Source: Eledone cirrhosa
Lineage: Eukaryota
Assembly: GCA_964016885.1 (NCBI GenBank)
Contig: OZ024747.1
Span: 35,092,001 to 35,156,000 of the forward strand
Reading direction: 5' to 3'
DNA length: 64,000 bases
In this document: positions 40,901-55,900 of the stretch, piece after piece
Numbering within the stretch: the stretch's first letter is position 1
How the letters are laid out: each line of letters opens with the position of its first letter
The notes under the pieces: generated by a model
What the model saw: the letters and a program-made list of their open reading frames with translations, nothing else
The model's database searches: none
Told to the model about the DNA's origin: nothing
Made by a program: the position numbers and the translations under genes

Positions 40901-43900
40901 ACTAATGTCTTTACTCCAGCATCACTGTTACTGCAACACAAATAAACTAATGTCTTTACTCCAGTATCACTATTCCTGCAACACAAATAAACTAATGTCT
41001 TTACTCCAGTATCACTATTCCTGCAACACAAATAAAATAATGTCTTTATTCCAGTATCACTGTTACTGCAACACAAATAAACTAATGTCTTTACTCCAGT
41101 ATCACTGTTACTGCAACACAAATAAACTAATGTCTTTGCTACAGCATCACTGTTACTGCAACACAAATAAACTAATGTCTTTGCTCCAGTATCACTGTTA
41201 CTGCAACACAAATAAACTAATGTCTGTACTCCAGTATCACTGTTACTGCAACACAAATAAACTAATATCTTTACTCCAGTATCACTGTTACTGCAACACA
41301 AATAAACTAATGTCTTTGCTCCAGTATCACTGTTACTGCAACACAAATAAACTAATGTCTTTACTCCAGTATCACTGTTACTGCAACACAAATAAACTAA
41401 TGTCTTTACTCCAGTATCACTGTTACTGCAGCACAAATAAACCAATGTCTTTACTCCAGTATCACTGTTACTGCAACACAAATAAACTAATGTCTTTGCT
41501 CCAGTATCACTGTTACTGCAACACAAATAAACTAATGTCTTTGCTCCAGTATCACTGTTACTGCAACACAAATAAACTAATGTCTTTGCTCCAGTATCAC
41601 TGTTACTGCAACACAAATAAACTAATGTCTTTGCTCCACTATCACTGTTACTGCAACACAAATAAACTAATGTCTTTGCTCCAGTATCACTGTTACTGCA
41701 ACACAAATAAACTAATGTCTTTACTCCAGTATCACTGTTACTGCAACACAAATAAACTAATGTCTTTACTCCAGTATCACTGTTACTGCAACACAAATAA
41801 ACTAATGGCTTTGCTCTACTATCACTGTTACTGCAACACAAATAAACTAATGTCTTTACTCCAGTATCACTATTAGTGCAACACAAATAAACTAATGTCT
41901 TTACTCCAGTATCACTGTTACTGCAACACAAATAAACTTATGTCTTTACTCCAGTATCACTGTTACTGCAACACAAATAAACTTATGTCTTTACTCCAGT
42001 ATCACTGTTACTGCAACACAAATAAACTAATGTCTTTACTCCAGTATCACTGTTACTGCAACACAAATAAACTAATGTCTTTACTCCAGTATCACTATTA
42101 GTGCAACACAAATAAACTAATGTCTTTACTCTAGTATCACTGTTACTGCTACACAAATAAACTAAGGTATTTGCTCCAGTATCACTATTACTGCAACACA
42201 AATAAACTAATGTCTTTACTCCAGTATCACTGTTACTGCTACACAAATAAACTAAGGTCTTTGCTCCAGTATCACTATTACTGCAACAGAAATAAACTAA
42301 TGTCTTTACTCCAGTATCACTGTTACTGCTACACAAATAAACTAATGTCTTTACTCCAGTATCACTATTACTGCAACACAAATAAACTAATGTCTTTACT
42401 CCAGTATCACTATTAGTGCAACAGAAATAAACTAATGTCTTTACTCCAGTATCACTGTTACTGCAACACAAATAAACTAAGGTCTTTGCTCCAGTATCAC
42501 TATTACTACAACACAAATAAACTAAGGTCTTTGCTCCAGTATCACTGTTACTGCAACACAAATAAACTAATGTCTTTACTCCAGTATCACTGTTACTGCT
42601 ACACAAATAAACTAATGTCTTTGCTCCAGTATCACTGTTACTGCAACACAAATAAACTAATGTCTTTGCTCCAGTATCTCTATTACTGCAACACAAATAA
42701 ACTAAGGTCTTTGCTCCAGTATCACTGTTACTGCAACACAAATAAACTAATGTCTTTACTCCAGTATCACTGTTACTGCTACACAAATAAACTAAGGTCT
42801 TTGCCCCAGTATCACTGTTACTGCAACACAGATAAACTAATGTCTTTGCTCCAGTATCACTGTTACTGCAAGACAAATAAATTAATTTCTTTGCTCCAGT
42901 ATCACTGTTACTGGAAGACAAATAAATTAATTTCTTTGCTCCAGTATCACTGTTACTGCAACACAAATAAACTAATGTCTTTACACCAGCATCACTGTTA
43001 CTGCAACACAAATAAACTAATGTCTTTACTCCAGTATCACTATTCCTGCAACACAAATAAACTAATGTCTTTACTCCAGTATCACTATTCCTGCAACACA
43101 AATAAACTAATGTCTTTATTCCAGTATCACTGTTACTGCAACACAAATAAACTAATGTCTGTACTCCAGTATCACTGTTACTGCAACACAAATAAACTAA
43201 TGTCTTTACTCCAGTATCACTGTTACTGCAACACAAATAAACTAATGTCTTTGCTCCAGCATTACTGTTACTGCAACACAAATAAACTAATGTCTTTGCT
43301 CCAGTATCACTATTACTGCAACACAAATAAACTAATGTATGTACTCCAGTATCACTGTTACTGCAACACAAATAAACTAATGTCTTTACTCCAGTATCAC
43401 TGTTACTGCAGCACAAATAAACCAATGTCTTTACTCCAGTATCACTGTTACTGCAACACAAATAAACTAATGTCTTTGCTCCAGTATCACTGTTACTGCA
43501 ACACAAATAAACTAATGTCTTTGCTCCAGTATCACTGTTACTGCAACACAAATAAACTAATGTCTTTGCTCCAGTATCACTGTTACTGCAACACAAATAA
43601 ACTAATGTCTTTGCTCCAGTATCACTGTTACTGCAACACAAATAAACTAATGTCTTTGCTCCAGTATCACTGTTACTGCAACACAAATAAACTAATGTCT
43701 TTACTCCAGTATCACTGTTACTGCAACACAAATAAACTAATGTCTTTGCTCCAGTATCACTGTTACTGCAACACAAATAAACTAATGTCTTTGCTCCAGT
43801 ATCACTGTTACTGCAACACAAATAAACTAATGTCTTTGCTACAGTATCACTGTTACTGCAACACAAATAAAATAATGTCTTTGCTCCAGTATCACTGTTA
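22900..43900. repeat. Satellite domain C: variable-length HOR of 30-46 monomers, with a 3645-bp super-repeat
   Basis: The marker monomer aggtatttgctccag recurs at 24346, 26326, 27901, 29251, 31051, 32896, 34696, 36405, 38205, 40095 and 42165. The 582-aa minus ORFs at 29069, 32714 and 36223 are identical or nearly so. Confidence 0.88.
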
Positions 43901-46900
43901 CTGCAGCACAAATAAACCAATGTCTTTACTCCAGTATCACTGTTACTGCAACACAAATAAACTAAGGTCTTTGCTCCAGTATCACTGTTACTGCAACACT
44001 AATAAACTAATGTCTTTGCTCCAGTATCACTGTTACTGCAACACAGATAAAATAATGCCTTTACTCCAGTATCACTATTATTACTGCAACACAAATAAAC
44101 TAATGTCTTTGCTCCAGTATCACTGTTACTGCAACACAAATAAACTAATGTCTTTATTCCAGTATCACTATTACTGCAACACAAATAAACTAATGTCTGT
44201 ACTCCAGTATCACTGTTACTGCAACACAAATAAACTAATGTCTTTATTCCAGTATCACTATTACTGCAACACAAATAAACTAATGTCTTTACTCCAGTAT
44301 GACTATTACTGCAACACAAATAAACTAATGTCTTTACTCCAGTATGACTATTACTGCAACACAAATAAACTAATGTCTTTACTCCAGTATGACTATTACT
44401 GCAACACAAATAAACTAACGTCTTTACTCCAGTATCACTGTTACTGCAACACAAATAAACTAATGTATTTACTCCAGTATCACTGTTACTGCAACACAAA
44501 TAAACTAATGTCTTTGCTCCAGTATCACTGTTACTGCAACACAAATAAACTAATGTATTTACTCCAGTATCACTGTTACTGCAACACAAATAAACTAATG
44601 TCTTTGCTCCAGTATCACTGTTACTGCAACACAAATAAACTAATGTCTTTGCTACAGTATCACTATTACTGCAACACAAATAAACTAATGTATTTACTCC
44701 AGTATCACTGTTACTGCAACACAAATAAACTAATGTCTTTGCTCTAGTATCACTGTTACTGCAACACAAATAAACTAATGTCTTTACTCCAGTATCACTA
44801 TTCCTGCAACACAAATAAACTAATGTCTTTACTCCAGTATCACTATTCCTGCAACACAAATAAACTAATGTCTTTATTCCAGTATCACTGTTACTGCAAG
44901 ACAAATAAATTAATTTCTTTGCTCCAGTATCACTGTTACTGCAACACAAATAAACTAATGTCTTTACACCAGCATCACTGTTACTGCAACACAAATAAAC
45001 TAATGTCTTTACTCCAGTATCACTATTCCTGCAACACAAATAAACTAATGTCTTTACTCCAGTATCACTATTCCTGCAACACAAATAAACTAATGTCTTT
45101 ATTCCAGTATCACTGTTACTGCAACACAAATAAACTAATGTCTGTACTCCAGTATCACTGTTACTGCAACACAAATAAACTAATGTCTTTACTCCAGTAT
45201 CACTGTTACTGCAACACAAATAAACTAATGTCTTTGCTCCAGCATTACTGTTACTGCAACACAAATAAACTAATGTCTTTGCTCCAGTATCACTATTACT
45301 GCAACACAAATAAACTAATGTCTGTACTCCAGTATCACTGTTACTGCAACACAAATAAACTAATGTCTTTACTCCAGTATCACTGTTACTGCAACACAAA
45401 TAAACTAATGTCTTTGCTCCAGTATCATTGTTACTGCAACACAAATAAACTAATGTCTTTACTCCAGTATCACTGTTACTGCAGCACAAATAAACCAATG
45501 TCTTTACTCCAGTATCACTGTTACTGCAACACAAATAAACTAATGTCTTTGCTCCAGTATCACTGTTACTGCAACACAAATAAACTAATGTCTTTGCTCC
45601 AGTATCACTGTTACTGCAACACAAATAAACTAATGTCTTTGCTCCAGTATCACTGTTACTGCAACACAAATAAACTAATGTCTTTGCTCCAGTATCACTG
45701 TTACTGCAACACAAATAAACTAATGTCTTTGCTCCAGTATCACTGTTACTGCAACACAAATAAACTAATGTCTTTACTCCAGTATCACTGTTACTGCAAC
45801 ACAAATAAACTAATGTCTTTGCTCCAGTATCACTGTTACTGCAACACAAATAAACTAATGTCTTTGCTCCAGTATCACTGTTACTGCAACACAAATAAAC
45901 TAATGTCTTTGCTCCAGTATCACTGTTACTGCAACACAAATAAAATAATGTCTTTGCTCCAGTATCACTGTTACTGCAGCACAAATAAACCAATGTCTTT
46001 ACTCCAGTATCACTGTTACTGCAACACAAATAAACTAAGGTCTTTGCTCCAGTATCACTGTTACTGCAACACAAATAAACTAATGTCTTTGCTCCAGTAT
46101 CACTGTTACTGCAACACAGATAAAATAATGCCTTTACTCCAGTATCACTATTATTACTGCAACACAAATAAACTAATGTCTTTGCTCCAGTATCACTGTT
46201 ACTGCAACACAAATAAACTAATGTCTTTATTCCAGTATCACTATTACTGCAACACAAATAAACTAATGTCTTTACTCCAGTATGACTATTACTGCAACAC
46301 AAATAAACTAATGTCTTTACTCCAGTATGACTATTACTGCAACACAAATAAACTAATGTCTTTACTCCAGTATGACTATTACTGCAACACAAATAAACTA
46401 ACGTCTTTACTCCAGTATCACTGTTACTGCAACACAAATAAACTAATGTATTTACTCCAGTATCACTGTTACTGCAACACAAATAAACTAATGTCTTTGC
46501 TCCAGTATCACTGTTACTGCAACACAAATAAACTAATGTCTTTACTCCAGTATCAATGTTACTGCAACACAAATAAACTAATGTCTTTGCTCCAGTATCA
46601 CTGTTACTGCAACACAAATAAACTAATGTCTTTGCTCCAGTATCACTATTACTGCAACACAAATAAACTAATGTATTTACTCCAGTATCACTGTTACTGC
46701 AACACAAATAAACTAATGTCTTTGCTCTAGTATCACTGTTACTGCAACACAAATAAACTAATGTATTTACTCCAGTATCACTGTTACTGCAACACAAATA
46801 AACTAATGTCTTTGCTCCAGTATCACTGTTACTGCAACACAAATAAACTAATGTCTTTGCTCCAGTATCACTGTTACTGCAACACAAATAAACTAATGTC

Positions 46901-49900
46901 TTTACTCCAGTATCACTGTTACTGCAACACAAATAAACTAATGTCTTTACTCCAGTATCACTATTACTGCAACACAAATAAACTAATGTCTTTACTCCAG
47001 TATCACTGTTACTGCAACACAAATAAACTAATGTCTTTACTCCAGTATCACTGTTACTGCAACACAAATAAACTAATGTATTTACTCCAGTATCACTGTT
47101 ACTGCAACACAAATAAACTAAGGTCTTTACTCCAGTATCACTGTTACTGCAACACAAATATACTAATGTCTTTACTCCAGTATCACTGTTACTGCAACAC
47201 AAATAAACTAAGGTCTTTACTCCAGTATCACTGTTACTGCAACACAAATAAACTAAGGTCTTTGCTCCAGTATCACTGTTACTGCAACACAAATAAACTA
47301 AGGTCTTTACTGCAGTATCACTGTTACTGCAACACAAATAAACTAATGTCTTTGCTCCAGTATCACTATTAGTGCAACACAAATAAACTAATGTCTTTAC
47401 TCCAGTATCACTATTACTGCAACACAAATAAACTAATGTCTTTGCTCCAGTATCACTATTAGTGCAACACAAATAAACTAATGGCTTTACTCCAGTATCA
47501 CTGTTACTGCAACACAAATAAACTAATGACTTTACTGCAGTATCACTGTTACTGCAACACAAATAAACTAATGTCTTTACTCCAGTATCACTGTTACTGC
47601 AACACAAATAAACTAATGTCTTTACTCCAGTATCACTATTACTGCAACACAAATAAACTAATGTTTTTACTCCAGTATCACTGTTACTGCAACACAAATA
47701 AACTAATGTCTTTACTCCAGTATCACTGTTACTGCAACACAAATAAACTAATGTCTTTACTCCAGTATCACTGTTACTGCAACACAAATAAACTAAGGTC
47801 TTTACTCCAGTATCACTGTTACTGCAACACAAATATACTAATGTCTTTACTCCAGTATCACTGTTACTGCAACACAAATAAACTAAGGTCTTTACTCCAG
47901 TATCACTGTTACTGCAACACAAATAAACTAAGGTCTTTGCTCCAGTATCACTGTTACTGCAACACAAATAAACTAAGGTCTTTACTGCAGTATCACTGTT
48001 ACTGCAACACAAATAAACTAATGTCTTTGCTCCAGTATCACTATTAGTGCAACACAAATAAACTAATGTCTTTACTCCAGTATCACTGTTACTGCAACAC
48101 AAATAAACTAATGTCTTTGCTCCAGTATCACTGTTACTGCAACACAAATAAACTAATGACTTTACTGCAGTATCACTGTTACTGCAACACAAATAAACTA
48201 ATGTCTTTACTCCAGTATCACTGTTACTGCAACACAAATAAACTAATGTCTTTACTGCAGTATCACTGTTACTGCAACACAAATAAACTAAGGTCTTTAC
48301 TCCAGTATCACTATTACTGCAACACAAATAAACTAATGTCTTTACTGCAGTATCACTGTTACTGCAACACAAATAAACTAATGTCTTTACTCCAGTATCA
48401 CTGTTACTGCAACACAAATTAACTAAGGTCTTTAATCCAGTATCACTGTTACTGCAACACAAATAAACTAATGTATTTACTCCAGTATCACTGTTACTGC
48501 AACACAAATAAACTAATGTCTTTACTCCAGTATCACTGTTACTGCAACACAAATAAACTAATGTCTTTACTCCAGTATCACTGTTACTGCAACACAAATA
48601 AACTAATGTCTTTACTCCAGTATCACTATTACTGCAACACAAATAAACTAATGTCTTTACTCCAGTATCACTATTATTACTGCAACACAAATAAACTAAT
48701 GTCTTTACTCCAGTATCACTATTACTGCAACACAAATAAACTAATGTCTGTACTCCAGTATCACTGTTAGTGCAACACAAATAAACTAATGTCTTTATTC
48801 CAGTATCACTATTACTGCAACACAAATAAACTAATGTCTTTACTACAGTATGACTATTACTGCAACACAAATAAACTAATGTCTTTACTCCAGTATCACT
48901 ATTACTGCAACACAAATACACTAATGTCTTTACTCCAGTATCACTGTTACTGCAACACAAATAAACTAATGTCTTTTCTCCAGTATCACTGTTACTGCAA
49001 CACAAATAAACTAATGTCTTTACTCCAGTATCACTATTACTGCAACACAAATAAACTAATGTCTGTACTCCAGTATCACTGTTAGTGCAACACAAATAAA
49101 CTAATGTCTTTATTCCAGTATCACTATTACTGCAACACAAATAAACTAATGTCTTTACTACAGTATGACTATTACAGCAACACAAATAAACTAATGTCTT
49201 TGCTCCAGTATCACTATTACTGCAACACAAATAAACTAATGTCTTTACTCCAGTATCACTGTTACTGCAACGCAAATAAACTAATGTCTTTTCTCCAGTA
49301 TCACTATTACTGCAACACAAATAAACTAATGTCTGTACTCCAGTATCACTGTTACTGCAACACAAATAAACTAATGTCTTTACTCCAGTATCACTGTTAC
49401 TGCAACACAAATAAACTAATGTCTTTGCTCCAGTTTCACTGTTACTGCAACACAAATAAACTAATGTCTTTACTCCAGTATCACTGTTACTGCAACACAA
49501 ATAAACTAATGTCTTTACTCCAGTATCACTGTTACTGCAGCACACATAAACCAATGTCTTTACTCCAGTATCACTGTTACTGCAACACAAATAAACTAAT
49601 GTCTTTGCTCCAGTATCACTGTTACTGCAACACAAATAAACTAATGTCTTTGCTCCAGTATCACTGTTACTGCAACACAAATAAACTAATGTCTTTGCTC
49701 CAGTATCACTGTTACTGCAACACAAATAAACTAATGTCTTTGCTCCAGTATCACTGTTACTGCAACACAAATAAACTAATGTCTTTGCTCCAGTATCACT
49801 GTTACTGCAACACAAATAAACTAATGTCTTTACTCCAGTATCACTGTTACTGCAACACAAATAAACTAATGTCTTTGCTCCAGTATCACTGTTACTGCAA

Positions 49901-52900
49901 CATAAATAAACTAATGTCTTTGCTCCAGTATCACTGTTACTGCAACACAAATAAACTAATGTCTTTGCTCCAGTATCACTGTTACTGCAACACAAATAAA
50001 ATAATGTCTTTGCTCCAGTATCACTGTTACTGCAGCACAAATAAACCAATGTCTTTACTCCAGTATCACTGTTACTGCAACACAAATAAACTAAGGTCTT
50101 TGCTCCAGTATCACTGTTACTGCAACACAAATAAACTAATGTCTTTGCTCCAGTATCACTGTTACTGCAACACAGATAAAATAATGCCTTTACTCCAGTA
50201 TCACTATTATTACTGCAACACAAATAAACTAATGTCTTTGCTCCAGTATCACTGTTACTGCAACACAAATAAACTAATGTCTTTATTCCAGTATCACTAT
50301 TACTGCAACACAAATAAACTAATGTCTGTACTCCAGTATCACTGTTACTGCAACACAAATAAACTAATGTCTTTATTCCAGTATCACTATTACTGCAACA
50401 CAAATAAACTAATGTCTTTACTCCAGTATGACTATTACTGCAACACAAATAAACTAATGTCTTTACTCCAGTATGACTATTACTGCAACACAAATAAACT
50501 AATGTCTTTACTCCAGTATGACTATTACTGCAACACAAATAAACTAACGTCTTTACTCCAGTATCACTGTTACTGCAACACAAATAAACTAATGTATTTA
50601 CTCCAGTATCACTGTTACTGCAACACAAATAAACTAATGTCTTTGCTCCAGTATCACTGTTACTGCAACACAAATAAACTAATGTATTTACTCCAGTATC
50701 AATGTTACTGCAACACAAATAAACTAATGTCTTTGCTCCAGTATCACTGTTACTGCAACACAAATAAACTAATGTCTTTGCTCCAGTATCACTATTACTG
50801 CAACACAAATAAACTAATGTATTTACTCCAGTATCACTGTTACTGCAACACAAATAAACTAATGTCTTTGCTCTAGTATCACTGTTACTGCAACACAAAT
50901 AAACTAATGTATTTACTCCAGTATCACTGTTACTGCAACACAAATAAACAAATGTCTTTGCTCCAGTATCACTGTTACTGCAACACAAATAAACTAATGT
51001 CTTTGCTCCAGTATCACTGTTACTGCAACACAAATAAACTAATGTCTTTACTCCAGTATCACTGTTACTGCAACACAAATAAACTAATGTCTGTACTCCA
51101 GTATCACTGTTACTGCAACACAAATAAACTAATGTCTTTACTCCAGTATCACTGTTACTGCAACACAAATAAACTAATGTCTTTGCTCCAGTATCATTGT
51201 TACTGCAACACAAATAAACTAATGTCTTTACTCCAGTATCACTGTTACTGCAACACAAATAAACTAATGTCTTTGCTCTAGTATCACTGTTACTGCAACA
51301 CAAATAAACTAATGTATTTACTCCAGTATCACTGTTACTGCAACACAAATAAACTAATGTCTTTGCTCCAGTATCACTGTTACTGCAACACAAATAAACT
51401 AATGTCTTTGCTCCAGTATCACTGTTACTGCAACACAAATAAACTAATGTCTTTACTCCAGTATCACTGTTACTGCAACACAAATAAACTAATGTCTTTA
51501 CTCCAGTATCACTATTACTGCAACACAAATAAACTAATGTCTTTACTCCAGTATCACTGTTACTGCAACACAAATAAACTAATGTCTTTACTCCAGTATC
51601 ACTGTTACTGCAACACAAATAAACTAATGTCTTTACTCCAGTATCACTGTTACTGCAACACAAATAAACTAATGTCTTTGCTCCAGTATCACTGTTACTG
51701 CAACACAAATAAACTAATGTCTTTACTCCAGTATCACTGTTACTGCAACACAAATTAACTAAGGTCTTTAATCCAGTATCACTGTTACTGCAACACAAAT
51801 AAACTAATGTATTTACTCCAGTATCACTGTTACTGCAACACAAATAAACTAATGTCTTTACTCCAGTATCACTGTTACTGCAACACAAATAAACTAATGT
51901 CTTTACTCCAGTATCACTGTTACTGCAACACAAATAAACTAATGTCTTTACTCCAGTATCACTATTACTGCAACACAAATAAACTAATGTCTTTACTCCA
52001 GTATCACTATTATTACTGCAACACAAATAAACTAATGTCTTTACTCCAGTATCACTATTACTGCAACACAAATAAACTAATGTCTGTACTCCAGTATCAC
52101 TGTTAGTGCAACACAAATAAACTAATGTCTTTATTCCAGTATCACTATTACTGCAACACAAATAAACTAATGTCTTTACTACAGTATGACTATTACTGCA
52201 ACACAAATAAACTAATGTCTTTACTCCAGTATCACTATTACTGCAACACAAATAAACTAATGTCTTTACTCCAGTATCACTGTTACTGCAACACAAATAA
52301 ACTAATGTCTTTTCTCCAGTATCACTGTTACTGCAACACAAATAAACTAATGTCTTTACTCCAGTATCACTATTACTGCAACACAAATAAACTAATGTCT
52401 GTACTCCAGTATCACTGTTAGTGCAACACAAATAAACTAATGTCTTTATTCCAGTATCACTATTACTGCAACACAAATAAACTAATGTCTTTACTACAGT
52501 ATGACTATTACAGCAACACAAATAAACTAATGTCTTTGCTCCAGTATCACTATTACTGCAACACAAATAAACTAATGTCTTTACTCCAGTATCACTGTTA
52601 CTGCAACGCAAATAAACTAATGTCTTTTCTCCAGTATCACTATTACTGCAACACAAATAAACTAATGTCTGTACTCCAGTATCACTGTTACTGCAACACA
52701 AATAAACTAATGTCTTTACTCCAGTATCACTGTTACTGCAACACAAATAAACTAATGTCTTTGCTCCAGTTTCACTGTTACTGCAACACAAATAAACTAA
52801 TGTCTTTACTCCAGTATCACTGTTACTGCAACACAAATAAACTAATGTCTTTACTCCAGTATCACTGTTACTGCAGCACAAATAAACCAATGTCTTTACT

Positions 52901-55900
52901 CCAGTATCACTGTTACTGCAACACAAATAAACTAATGTCTTTGCTCCAGTATCACTGTTACTGCAACACAAATAAACTAATGTCTTTGCTCCAGTATCAC
53001 TGTTACTGCAACACAAATAAACTAATGTCTTTGCTCCAGTATCACTGTTACTGCAACACAAATAAACTAATGTCTTTGCTCCAGTATCACTGTTACTGCA
53101 ACACAAATAAACTAATGTCTTTGCTCCAGTATCACTGTTACTGCAACACAAATAAACTAATGTCTTTACTCCAGTATCACTGTTACTGCAACACAAATAA
53201 ACTAATGTCTTTGCTCCAGTATCACTGTTACTGCAACATAAATAAACTAATGTCTTTGCTCCAGTATCACTGTTACTGCAACACAAATAAACTAATGTCT
53301 TTGCTCCAGTATCACTGTTACTGCAACACAAATAAAATAATGTCTTTGCTCCAGTATCACTGTTACTGCAGCACAAATAAACCAATGTCTTTACTCCAGT
53401 ATCACTGTTACTGCAACACAAATAAACTAAGGTCTTTGCTCCAGTATCACTGTTACTGCAACACAAAAAAACTAATGTCTTTGCTCCAGTATCACTGTTA
53501 CTGCAACACAGATAAAATAATGCCTTTACTCCAGTATCACTATTATTACTGCAACACAAATAAACTAATGTCTTTGCTCCAGTATCACTGTTACTGCAAC
53601 ACAAATAAACTAATGTCTTTATTCCAGTATCACTATTACTGCAACACAAATAAACTAATGTCTGTACTCCAGTATCACTGTTACTGCAACACAAATAAAC
53701 TAATGTCTTTATTCCAGTATCACTATTACTGCAACACAAATAAACTAATGTCTTTACTCCAGTATGACTATTACTGCAACACGAATAAACTAATGTCTTT
53801 ACTCCAGTATGACTATTACTGCAACACAAATAAACTAATGTCTTTACTCCAGTATGACTATTACTGCAACACAAATAAACTAACGTCTTTACTCCAGTAT
53901 CACTGTTACTGCAACACAAATAAACTAATGTATTTACTCCAGTATCACTGTTACTGCAACACAAATAAACTAATGTCTTTGCTCCAGTATCACTGTTACT
54001 GCAACACAAATAAACTAATGTATTTACTCCAGTATCAATGTTACTGCAACACAAATAAACTAATGTCTTTGCTCCAGTATCACTGTTACTGCAACACAAA
54101 TAAACTAATGTCTTTGCTCCAGTATCACTATTACTGCAACACAAATAAACTAATGTATTTACTCCAGTATCACTGTTACTGCAACACAAATAAACTAATG
54201 TCTTTGCTCTAGTATCACTGTTACTGCAACACAAATAAACTAATGTATTTACTCCAGTATCACTGTTACTGCAACACAAATAAACAAATGTCTTTGCTCC
54301 AGTATCACTGTTACTGCAACACAAATAAACTAATGTCTTTGCTCCAGTATCACTGTTACTGCAACACAAATAAACTAATGTCTTTACTCCAGTATCACTG
54401 TTACTGCAACACAAATAAACTAATGTCTGTACTCCAGTATCACTGTTACTGCAACACAAATAAACTAATGTCTTTACTCCAGTATCACTGTTACTGCAAC
54501 ACAAATAAACTAATGTCTTTGCTCCAGTATCATTGTTACTGCAACACAAATAAACTAATGTCTTTACTCCAGTATCACTGTTACTGCAACACAAATAAAC
54601 TAATGTCTTTGCTCTAGTATCACTGTTACTGCAACACAAATAAACTAATGTATTTACTCCAGTATCACTGTTACTGCAACACAAATAAACTAATGTCTTT
54701 GCTCCAGTATCACTGTTACTGCAACACAAATAAACTAATGTCTTTGCTCCAGTATCACTGTTACTGCAACACAAATAAACTAATGTCTTTACTCCAGTAT
54801 CACTGTTACTGCAACACAAATAAACTAATGTCTTTACTCCAGTATCACTATTACTGCAACACAAATAAACTAATGTCTTTACTCCAGTATCACTGTTACT
54901 GCAACACAATTAAACTAATGTCTTTACTCCAGTATCACTGTTACTGCAACACAAATAAACTAATGTCTTTACTCCAGTATCACTGTTACTGCAACACAAA
55001 TAAACTAATGTCTTTGCTCCAGTATCACTGTTACTGCAACACAAATAAACTAATGTCTTTGCTCCAGTATCACTGTTACTGCAACATAAATAAACTAATG
55101 TCTTTGCTCCAGTATCACTGTTACTGCAACACAAATAAACTAATGTCTTTGCTCCAGTATCACTGTTACTGCAACACAAATAAAATAATGTCTTTGCTCC
55201 AGTATCACTGTTACTGCAGCACAAATAAACCAATGTCTTTACTCCAGTATCACTGTTACTGCAACACAAATAAACTAAGGTCTTTGCTCCAGTATCACTG
55301 TTACTGCAACACAAATAAACTAATGTCTTTGCTCCAGTATCACTGTTACTGCAACACAGATAAAATAATGCCTTTACTCCAGTATCACTATTATTACTGC
55401 AACACAAATAAACTAATGTCTTTGCTCCAGTATCACTGTTACTGCAACACAAATAAACTAATGTCTTTATTCCAGTATCACTATTACTGCAACACAAATA
55501 AACTAATGTCTGTACTCCAGTATCACTGTTACTGCAACACAAATAAACTAATGTCTTTATTCCAGTATCACTATTACTGCAACACAAATAAACTAATGTC
55601 TTTACTCCAGTATGACTATTACTGCAACACAAATAAACTAATGTCTTTACTCCAGTATGACTATTACTGCAACACAAATAAACTAATGTCTTTACTCCAG
55701 TATGACTATTACTGCAACACAAATAAACTAACGTCTTTACTCCAGTATCACTGTTACTGCAACACAAATAAACTAATGTATTTACTCCAGTATCACTGTT
55801 ACTGCAACACAAATAAACTAATGTCTTTGCTCCAGTATCACTGTTACTGCAACACAAATAAACTAATGTATTTACTCCAGTATCAATGTTACTGCAACAC

